Below, one piece after another: positions 53,677 to 61,032 of a DNA stretch of 61,032 nt. Within the stretch, counting starts at the first letter, position 1. Each line of letters begins with the position of its first letter. The position numbers were made by a program, and so were the translations under genes. The notes under the pieces are model-generated. The model did no database searches, was not told the origin of the DNA, and was given only the letters and a program-made list of their open reading frames with translations. Source of the DNA: an uncultured delta proteobacterium (GTDB lineage Bacteria; Desulfobacterota; WTBG01; CAIYCZ01); contig CAWDOY010000035.1 of the NCBI GenBank assembly GCA_963803975.1, forward strand, positions 1-61,032. The letters are read 5' to 3'.

Positions 53677-54465
53677 TCAGTTTTTTTTAAAGAAGGACTC
53701 CAGTTCCTTTTTGCGATGAGCAACAATGGCAGCGCTGTTGTACAGCTGGTAATACTGCTCAGCCAGGCGGACGGAAATCTTAACCAGGAAGCTGATGGTA
53801 TGGATATCGAAGTCCTGCTTTGCCAGGGCGACGATGCGTTTAAATTTACTCACGTAGTTTTGCACGGAGGGTATGCTGTGATGGGTGGTGTGAGCGATTT
53901 GTTCGTATTCTTTCCCCTGAAGCCATTGCTTAATAATCAGTGCGCGGTGGGAAATGGCGCGGCCCATGTCTTTAATGGTTGAGCGAAGCGGTAAGATAAT
54001 GTTTTGGGTTCGTAAAACGCACAGATCTCTGGACAGGGTTCGTTCACCACAGTTGAGCAGTCGGTTGGCAAGGTCTTCCACGGTCAGGAGTCCTCCTTGC
54101 TGGAACGCTTCGTGGGCAAGGCGTTGCATTCTATGGTGCCGCAGGCCGGCAATGCCCTGATGCTGTTTGATTTCCAGGTCTTCATCACCGGCATCCAGGG
54201 TAAGCGCGACGGTTGTTTGTTCACATTCACCCAGCGGGGCATTGGAAGCGGCTTCGGTAGCCACAACTTGGAAGAGCAGTTGTCCGGGTTTAAGGGCCGC
54301 TGAAGTTTCAAAGTAGGAGGCATAGACCTTATATACAGCTTCAAGAATGGCCTGAGCTTCAAACGGAGAGCATTGAAGACCGTTGATGATTGCATTTACG
54401 AACTGTTGATCAAGTTGTTTTTGGGCAAGACGATTCCATTTTTGCAAAGAGGTATTGTTGATCAT
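53677..54465 (-). CDS. DUF1670-like protein (ORF1)
   Basis: LKPGQ, EAFQQGGLLTVEDLA, LPLRSTIKDMGRAISHR, IAHTTHHSIPSVQNY; GGAGG RBS. Confidence 0.8.
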   Translation of the reverse strand: MINNTSLQKWNRLAQKQLDQQFVNAIINGLQCSPFEAQAILEAVYKVYASYFETSAALKPGQLLFQVVATEAASNAPLGECEQTTVALTLDAGDEDLEIKQHQGIAGLRHHRMQRLAHEAFQQGGLLTVEDLANRLLNCGERTLSRDLCVLRTQNIILPLRSTIKDMGRAISHRALIIKQWLQGKEYEQIAHTTHHSIPSVQNYVSKFKRIVALAKQDFDIHTISFLVKISVRLAEQYYQLYNSAAIVAHRKKELESFFKKN

Positions 54466-54718
54466 GATGAACCTCCACAGGAAAAATAAAGCTATGTACC
54501 TGGCAAACTCCAGTCGGGCTACGCCCTCCTTCCGTTTGCCAGATCTATGTGGTAGATTCATCATGATTTTACACCATTTCCCCTAAAAGTATATTGCCTC
54601 TGCCTTGATTAACCAGTGGCTCCTTACAGTGCTGTGGTACTATCCAAAGAATTTACATACAAGAGTATTGCTGCATGTCGGTTCTCAAAGATGCATTTAA
54701 ATAATATTGTAGCTTTCA

Positions 54719-54840
54719 TGCCAATATATTGTGGTGAGCATTTACCGCTGAAATCTGCAGACTATGTATCAAAGTGCTCAATGGCGAACACCTTAAATAT
54801 TTTCACTTACATCTGGTAATATGCAATTGTCTGATACGAT
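54719..54840 (+). repeat. Hairpin repeat copy R6 (5' part, diverged)
   Basis: TGCCAATATATTGTGGTGAGCATT...CTGCAGACTATGTATCA...CTTAAAT...CACTT. Confidence 0.65.
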
Positions 54841-54896
54841 CAAAATCTTATTTTAAAAACTGCCAGTTCAGCTCCATAGTTACAGTTTATTTTTAA

Positions 54897-55580
54897 CTAC
54901 GCGCGCCAGGCACTGCGTTCCCATTGCAGCGCCTGTTCATAATCTTTAAAAAGCTTTTCCCGCTTTTTAAATTCTTTGAAATGGACGCGCTGCCTTCCAT
55001 AGCAGGGTTCAAAAACTCCGGCAGCGTGAAGCATTTCATGATAGACAACGAACTCGACGAAATAGCGGGGTACGTTCCGGTTGTCCAGAACAGGATGTAT
55101 GCGTATGATGTCCCGGTCTCTGTGAAAGCTGCCGAGCCTTCTTTTCCGCACCGCGCGGCGCGGGCTGCGTTTGCCCCAGGTAATAGCCGCGGTTACCGTG
55201 CCGCTGAAGTACTCTTTGTTTAATGCGTTAAATATCTCCAGCAGATCGTAGTGCCTGCCCCTGGTGTTAATGCTGACTGCGCGCGGCTTCCGTGCATCAA
55301 GGCATGCCTGGTTCCGGAGAATGAATTCCCGCACTTTTAAGATGGGCTTCTTTCTTCTTTTGATAAAGATGCATATCTCATCAAGCACATCAGGACCAGC
55401 GTTTAAAAACATCCGGTGGAGCCTGATGGAAATACCTGCTTCCCTTTCCCTGATTGAAAGCATTGAAACCGTGTTGCCGGTAAGGGTGAGTGAGACTGGT
55501 TTAGCGGTTGTTGCCTGAAAATAGTCCTTGAGTGACTGTTCATCAAGGGACGGCAATAGTGGCAGACTTGGCAGGTTCAT
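54897..55580 (-). CDS. SprT/YgjP-like zinc metalloprotease domain protein
   Basis: RLGSF, IRIHPVLD, VPRYFVEFVVYHEMLH, H..EF. Confidence 0.85.
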   Translation of the reverse strand: MNLPSLPLLPSLDEQSLKDYFQATTAKPVSLTLTGNTVSMLSIREREAGISIRLHRMFLNAGPDVLDEICIFIKRRKKPILKVREFILRNQACLDARKPRAVSINTRGRHYDLLEIFNALNKEYFSGTVTAAITWGKRSPRRAVRKRRLGSFHRDRDIIRIHPVLDNRNVPRYFVEFVVYHEMLHAAGVFEPCYGRQRVHFKEFKKREKLFKDYEQALQWERSAWRA

Positions 55581-55732
55581 TGTTGTTGGAACCCTATGGG
55601 GGTCATGCGTTTTTTAATTATTATCTTTAGCCTGCCGCAGTGTTTACACATATCACGTGACCGCGATGGCATTTTTTCGTCTGCGAGACCCTGGCGTCAA
55701 ACCCCGCAACCTTTTCCTACACCCTGTCAATT

Positions 55733-57496
55733 TCAATGAGGCATCCTGTCAACCGGCCGCTCTGCCGTACCGGAGGCATCTGGAAGCGGCATTGCAGCAG
55801 CGGTATTACGAAACCGCCCCGCATCAATCTCCCGCAAAACTGCCTGCGGAGACAGAGCGTACACATACCCGCTCTCTGACAAAAGCTGCTTATTAATGAT
55901 CGATTTGTAACAGGGATAGATTTCTACAATGCTTGTTCCCCAGCCAATATTGACCAGATATATAGTTGACAGTCGTGCCAAATCAGCATGCTCCTTCAAT
56001 GCCCTCAAAGCCGCATTGATGATCCTGGTGCTATCAAATTTCCAGACAAATACCAGGTAACTATCCAATCCCTCCCAGGCAAATTTAAGAAAACCTAATG
56101 CTACATAAGTTTTTTTATTACGGTCTTCATCACTATTAAAAAATGCGAGATAATGATAGGTCTGCAAATTAGTCAGTACAACACTGCGTGGCTCTCTCTT
56201 ATTAACAAGATAGCCCATGATCCGATCATAATCGGCACGCGTTACCGAAAACTCACCCTTGCCGTTATACCTCCGCAAAAAATCACACTGCCTCATCTTG
56301 AACGTTACTGCGCCGACAGACAGCATAACCATGAACACCAGCGCCCAACCAATTCCGGCTCTGGCCCGTTCACTGATGAGTTGCGGGAGGAACCGTTCGG
56401 CTTGTTGCCGCACCGCTTCAAACCCATACTGGACTGAGGCACCCACCAGCAGGCAGACCATGGGAAACAGATATATCGAATGCCGTGATCCGCCGAAGGG
56501 AAACAGTTTGAAGATGGTGAAAACAATAGTAACAGCAAAAGTCAGCACTATCGTCGCAGCAAGCGCCCTCCGTGACGTGTTCCAGAGAGCTATGATCCCC
56601 AGCAGGGATAAAACCGCAGACAGGGTTGCGTAAGGAGGTAAAAAAAGATACCCGATAAAATCCCGTGTATTGTTCATGAACCCTGAGAAAGTCTGCGGGA
56701 AAAGCGGTGCCAGGTATGTTTCTTTTATTGTTCCATATACGCCGCCACCGCCGAGATGGTACGAGATATGAAAAAAGTACAAAATGCAGAATAGAGCAAG
56801 CGGGGGCAGATGCGCCATAATCACGCCGCGATATTCTTTAGACGGTTTTTTCTTTAGAATCAATCGTAGAAGCCAAACGCAGCCGATAGCAGCAAAAAAC
56901 ATAACCGCAGGATAATGCGTTGCTATCGCGAGGAGCATGCAGAGCGAATATCCAAGGAGATATTTTTTTTTCGGGTTTTCCAGGCAGGAGACAAAAAAAT
57001 AGAGGGCACCGGACAGGAACAGCAGCAGCATGCTGTACGGCCGTACTACCTGGGATATCTGGACTGCGCCGTAGCCAAATGCGCACAGGAATGCCATGGT
57101 AATGCCGGATACGGTTCCGCTTACTTTTTTCCCGAGGAGATAAAAGATAAAAATAAGCCCGGCGCCGGGAATAAGGGATATGCATCGCAGCAGCATCTCG
57201 TTCTTGCTGAGCATAATTATCAGATGGAGAACCACGTACATCAGGGGAGCATTGGTCTGACCCTTGATTCCCTCCCACAGGGAACTGAAGCTATTGGCAT
57301 CAGCAACAAAAGAAAGCATCACCTCATCAGGATTAAAAGCATAGTTCCATAACCCCCATATTCGCACGAAGATGCCGGCTGTCCCCACCCACAAAACCAG
57401 GATGAGCACGCGGTAAGCATCCGGAGTTATTGTTCTGTTGTTCTGCATCCTTGCATACCTTGCATAATTGAGCTGTTGTGCGCTTCCCTGCTTCAA
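55733..57496 (-). CDS. Glycosyltransferase family 39 (ArnT/PMT-like) membrane protein
   Basis: RIWGL...NPDE, APLMY, LRCISLI, SQVVRPYS, THY; many TM helices. Confidence 0.8.
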   Translation of the reverse strand: MKQGSAQQLNYARYARMQNNRTITPDAYRVLILVLWVGTAGIFVRIWGLWNYAFNPDEVMLSFVADANSFSSLWEGIKGQTNAPLMYVVLHLIIMLSKNEMLLRCISLIPGAGLIFIFYLLGKKVSGTVSGITMAFLCAFGYGAVQISQVVRPYSMLLLFLSGALYFFVSCLENPKKKYLLGYSLCMLLAIATHYPAVMFFAAIGCVWLLRLILKKKPSKEYRGVIMAHLPPLALFCILYFFHISYHLGGGGVYGTIKETYLAPLFPQTFSGFMNNTRDFIGYLFLPPYATLSAVLSLLGIIALWNTSRRALAATIVLTFAVTIVFTIFKLFPFGGSRHSIYLFPMVCLLVGASVQYGFEAVRQQAERFLPQLISERARAGIGWALVFMVMLSVGAVTFKMRQCDFLRRYNGKGEFSVTRADYDRIMGYLVNKREPRSVVLTNLQTYHYLAFFNSDEDRNKKTYVALGFLKFAWEGLDSYLVFVWKFDSTRIINAALRALKEHADLARLSTIYLVNIGWGTSIVEIYPCYKSIINKQLLSESGYVYALSPQAVLREIDAGRFRNTAAAMPLPDASGTAERPVDRMPH

Positions 57497-57616
57497 GAAG
57501 CGCGGGGAATGTCCCGCGAAAATTTACTCTGTGTTAAAAATGATTTCCGGAGAAGGTTCAATTGCTTTTCGTCATGGCCCTTCCGGGAACCCGGCAGTCG
57601 GGGTATTGCGCACAGC

Positions 57617-57653
57617 AAAAGGGGCCGGTCCTTATGAAGCAGAAACCGGCCCC
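57617..57653 (-). terminator. Intrinsic terminator
   Basis: GGGGCCGGT/ACCGGCCCC stem with TTTT on the minus strand. Confidence 0.65.
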
Positions 57654-57684
57654 GGTATTGTATGATTATCGTAAGCGTACCGTG

Positions 57685-58580
57685 TTATTTTTCTTTCATA
57701 TCTATCTCTACGGTCCAGAACCCGTCTATCCAGTATTTTTTTAATTTGTCCTTGAATATCTTCTTCCCCATGTTCACCGCAAAGTCCTTGTCATAGAGCG
57801 CCTGGACAAAAGCCCGGGTCTTTTCTTCATGCCGCTTTGCATAGCCGGGATCAGTCTGGAGCCGGTACAGGCTCTTCATATACGCCGCCAGCGATAATTT
57901 AAATGCTTCCCCCACTGTTTCATAATACTGCTTCCGCACAGCTTCATCCTCAGTTACCGGCTCCTGCAGCTCCATGCGGTACTTGCTCTATAGGGGTCCA
58001 GATAGGCAGTGATCTTGCCCCTGCCCTGCTCGACCGTGCGCTGGTATTTTTCAACCAGTCCCATCGCCCTTTTCACGCCATTCTGCTCCTGGCCAAAGAA
58101 GGCCTCAAGATTGATGTTCTCCGGGTCCACGTCAAAAAAGTCCATGCTGCAGAGACCGGGCAGTCCCGGCGACGGCTTCATAAAATCAATGTGTATAATG
58201 GGCGCCTTGAATTCGAAGCGCGGCCGCAGGTTAAAGGTAAAATCCCGGCAGTAGCCTGACTTCGGGGGGACTTCAAACTGGCTTATGGTGGCTGCTGTTA
58301 TGCGGTCGCTCTCATAAGACGCCAGCGGGATGCCCAGGTATTTACCGCCAAAAAGCTTGCTGTAGGGAAACGCCAGCTCCAAGGAAAAATCTTTAAACTC
58401 CCCGGTTATGGGACGCTCAGTCGTCTTATACTCCTGCATCAGGGAAATGGTGAAGCTGCGCAGGTTTGCGTACACGCCGAAGTCTGAATACTTCTTTGGC
58501 TGATAGGTTGCGATAAATATCCCCGCTACAACAATAATAAGTAATAGAATGATACCAACAACTTTGAAAAACTTTTTCAT
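57685..58580 (-). CDS. Membrane-anchored protein resembling the ferredoxin-dependent bilin reductase/RCCR fold; frameshift near 57985
   Basis: N-terminal TM helix; RPRFEFKAPIIHIDF, LCSMDF, C-terminal YDKDFAVNMGKKIF...GFW. Confidence 0.5.
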
Positions 58581-58785
58581 AATTCCTCCCCTGGTTTTTT
58601 AACATTATTCCAACTGGAGCAACTATAGAAAAAAAAGCGTCAGATGTCAAGCTTATCAAAGGGCTGAGGGAGCATTATCAAGCATCTTCTTTGTATCGCA
58701 TATGTCACCGTATTTGCGAATCGAAGCCTGAAGGATAGCGGGCAGTGTTTTTTCTCTATCCGCCCGCGCATAACAGGCGCGGATG

Positions 58786-59400
58786 CTAAAACCCGCTCCA
58801 TGTTACCATCTTCACCCCGAGCTCAAAAGCTGTCTTTAAATCTTCTGCTTTCCCCGCGACATCCTGCTTCTGCAGGTTCCCCATGCTGATGACATCGCCC
58901 ACCAGTTTCAGCCGGAAGTCCCGCAAATTCCGCTCCAGGACCATGTGCACCAGCGGGGACGAGAAAAACGGGTCGCCCTGGCTTATGACCATGGCCGCCT
59001 TTTTGTCTTGGATTTTTGACACGCCGGTTGCTCCGATCATGTTCCCCTTATCATCATATTCTATCTCGTAGCGCAACAGCGGCAGCATCCGGGCCAGGAA
59101 GTTGAGAATCGGCGCGGTCACCGTGCGCATGTGGTTGGGCGTGCCGAAAATAAAGGCATCGCTTTCCCTGATCTTCTCAATCAGCACATCCATATCATCG
59201 CGCAGCACGCATTTGCCGGTGCCCGGCGGCGGGAAGGTGCAGGTCAGGCAGCCGCTGCAGTACTGTATGTTCCGGTCAGCTATAAACACCTTTTCAATCT
59301 CTGTGTTGCCCCTGCTCCTGCAGCCTTCAATGACCCGGTCAACGAGCAGCTCGGTGTTGCCGCCCCTGCGCGGGCTGCCGATGATGGCCATGACTTTCAT
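58786..59400 (-). CDS. Iron-sulfur flavoprotein / NADPH-dependent FMN reductase family
   Basis: GSPRRGGNT, CSGCLTC...C, DDM, IFGTP. Confidence 0.9.
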   Translation of the reverse strand: MKVMAIIGSPRRGGNTELLVDRVIEGCRSRGNTEIEKVFIADRNIQYCSGCLTCTFPPPGTGKCVLRDDMDVLIEKIRESDAFIFGTPNHMRTVTAPILNFLARMLPLLRYEIEYDDKGNMIGATGVSKIQDKKAAMVISQGDPFFSSPLVHMVLERNLRDFRLKLVGDVISMGNLQKQDVAGKAEDLKTAFELGVKMVTWSGF

Positions 59401-59597
59401 ATGTAGACCTCCCTCTAAAGTTACCTGTGCAGTTAATTTTTATGCACAGAGCCTTTATACACTATAATAAGGCATCCGCGCAATAATAACTGACGGTTAA
59501 AAATTGGGGGGTAACCGCAGCTTCTAATTAAAAAGCCATCACCATTCGAACCCTATCTCTCCCAAACCTGGCTTTTCAAAGTTATTAATTGCAAAAA

Positions 59598-60378
59598 TTA
59601 TACTTTATAGTTTGCCGGCGCAGCAAATGGGCGCAGAATTCCTGGGTCGCACAATTTGAGCGACAAAAAAAGCGTGTTAACGTTTTGCAACCAGGGCTGT
59701 TTCAGCCGGTTTGGTCGAGTTGGTCGTAAAAGTGCTGCTTGGGTACGGTTAATTTTCGTGCATTTCGGTTCCACAGGCAACGAATCGGGAAACCATAGAA
59801 ATAATATAGTTATGGCATCGGCTATCCATCCGGCGGTTACGGGGCGATTGGCCCGCCAGGGGATAGAAAAAAGCTTTTCGCCTTTGACGGAGCCCAGCCA
59901 GAGGGACAAAAGCCTGGGCAGGCTGTAGGCCAGACTGAGCAGCATGGTCCAGCGGGCTAGCACTTGGCGCGTCTGCTGCCAGGCATTGATAAGGCCGAAG
60001 AGGTTTTTCAGTTCGTTGAACATGGGCTCGGTCCACCAGCGCAGGGCATAGGTTGAGATAATGTCCTGCGGTGAAAGATTTTTGTCTGTGCAGATAAGCA
60101 AATGCCAGTTGGTCCAGCGGTCGTGGTCGTCCAGGAACCGGCTCCAGACTATTTTGCACAGATGGCCCTTGAGGAAGCGCACCTGTGCCGTGAGGCAGTG
60201 AAACTGAAAAGACCGGAGTTTGCCGTAGGCATGAAGTTTCATCTCGTGTTGCGGGTACTGCTGCAGAATATAATCCCTGGACAGTTTTTGCCCATACTTT
60301 GGAGGTTTGCCCCGGGTCTTTTTCTGCGGGAAGGGAAAGCGGGGACAGCCATTTTTATCGATCCACCTCAACGTTGAT
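59598..60378 (-). pseudogene. IS701/IS4-like DDE transposase, C-terminal fragment
   Basis: RGKPPKYG, LLICTDKNLSPQDIISTYALRWWTEPMFNELK; N-terminal half absent. Confidence 0.75.
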
Positions 60379-60388
60379 TCATAAAATC

Positions 60389-60601
60389 TCACGCATACAT
60401 GAGCTTTGAACCTTTGGGCTCCGGGATAGGGTCGTTAAACTCTGTGGCAGTATCAAGCCATAGTTGAATGGCCTTTTTGGCATTTCTTAACGCTTCATCA
60501 TAGGTCTTACCATGTGCAGCACACCCTGGCAGCTCGGGAACCTCTGCAATATAAATTTTATCTTTTTTATCCCAGTAAATTACTATTTCATATTTATACA
60601 T
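60389..60601 (-). CDS. hicB: HicB family antitoxin
   Basis: YIAEVPELPGCAAHGKTYDEAL...DPIPEP. Confidence 0.93.
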   Translation of the reverse strand: MYKYEIVIYWDKKDKIYIAEVPELPGCAAHGKTYDEALRNAKKAIQLWLDTATEFNDPIPEPKGSKLMYA

Positions 60602-60604
60602 TAT

Positions 60605-60691
60605 TTATTCTCCTGAGAGATTATATTTCACGATAACGTTTCTAATCTGATATACCTGACAAGCTTTCGCCTTACTGCCATAGCGCTGCAA
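60605..60691 (-). pseudogene. hicA: C-terminal remnant of a HicA family toxin
   Basis: LQRYGSKAKACQVYQIRNVIVKYNLSGE* directly upstream of hicB; N-terminus absent. Confidence 0.7.
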
Positions 60692-60803
60692 CACTATTTT
60701 GTCTATTAGGAAAAATAGGGGTTGTTTTCGATTTTAAAGAAATTACCATTATAAAATAGTCGCTGATGACCCTATACCCAAAAGAGCAGGTCTTATCAGG
60801 CAG

Positions 60804-60839
60804 AGAGCCGTCACATATCACCAGTGATGGCTCTTTTTT
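60804..60839 (+). terminator. Intrinsic terminator
   Basis: AGAGCCGTCAC/GTGATGGCTCT followed by a T run. Confidence 0.7.
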
Positions 60840-60897
60840 GTTGCGTGTTCGGCTAAAAACCAGGGCTAATGGTTTTCTGCGAATATCCTGAAAATCT

Positions 60898-60951
60898 GAC
60901 TTCGGCGAGCCTTTCGGCCACGAGCACAAGGCCGAGTGGCTGAGTCGTACC
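60898..60951. repeat. Nested REP-like palindrome
   Basis: GACTTCGGCGAGC[CTTTCGGCCACGAGCACAAGGCCGAGTG]GCTGAGTCGTACC. Confidence 0.6.
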
Positions 60952-60960
60952 GCGTCCCCC

Positions 60961-61032
60961 TTATGCGCCGTTCAGCCCTGCTGCCGAGAGGATGTCGGGT
61001 ATAACCGCTTCCTTGCCGATGGCCATGATGTG
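60961..61032 (-). CDS. metF: Methylenetetrahydrofolate reductase-like protein, C-terminal 23 aa (truncated by window end)
   Basis: HIMAIGKEAVIPDILSAAGLNGA*. Confidence 0.6.
   Translation of the reverse strand, partial: HIMAIGKEAVIPDILSAAGLNGA

Larger units (their letters stand above)
52857..54623 (-). mobile_element. Putative IS-like element carrying two DUF1670-like ORFs, bounded by imperfect terminal inverted repeats
   Basis: Left GGAGCCAAATGGCGAGTCAAGG; right CCTTGATTAACCAGTGGCTCC; cuts the Fn3/dockerin gene. Confidence 0.65.

Noticed and set aside
43147..54840. CRISPR array interpretation of the repeats
   Set aside because: Units are 160-300 bp, diverged and separated by whole genes; no cas genes in the window
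60709..60776. Fluoride riboswitch (GCTGATGACCCTA motif)
   Set aside because: The 5' GGNGATGG consensus is missing and there is no downstream gene on that strand
1..61032. tRNA, rRNA or prophage genes
   Set aside because: No cloverleaf, rRNA signature or phage structural or integrase gene seen by eye; tRNAscan and barrnap were not run

Overview
Ordinary-looking chromosomal DNA from an anaerobic Gram-negative bacterium, probably Desulfobacterota (deltaproteobacteria-like); this is inferred from gene content and repeat types. Many genes are split by single-base frameshifts, most likely long-read consensus errors. 1-14.3 kb is a cell-surface glycosylation locus with duplicated membrane-protein, RfbF/RfbG-like and epimerase genes plus a B12 radical SAM gene. 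14.4-43 kb holds housekeeping and envelope genes (PQQ-propeller surface protein, Ste24 peptidase, AOR, gnd, NlpC/P60, nrdJ, nth, aat, pgl, methyltransferases, a secreted chelatase-like protein, spmA/B). 43-55 kb is an accessory region and the main point of interest. About seven copies of a non-coding ~162-bp element sit between unrelated genes, mostly minus-strand and exported or membrane proteins. The element folds on the + strand into a long G-T-wobble-rich hairpin with compensatory changes, and some copies carry a conserved terminator or a conserved sigma70 promoter. A degenerate group IIC intron has inserted into one copy. A two-ORF DUF1670-like element with terminal inverted repeats lies next to another. 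The right end holds a GT39, a membrane-anchored bilin-reductase-like protein, an IS fragment, hicB with a hicA remnant and the 3' end of metF. All family calls come from motif recognition by eye, without database searches.
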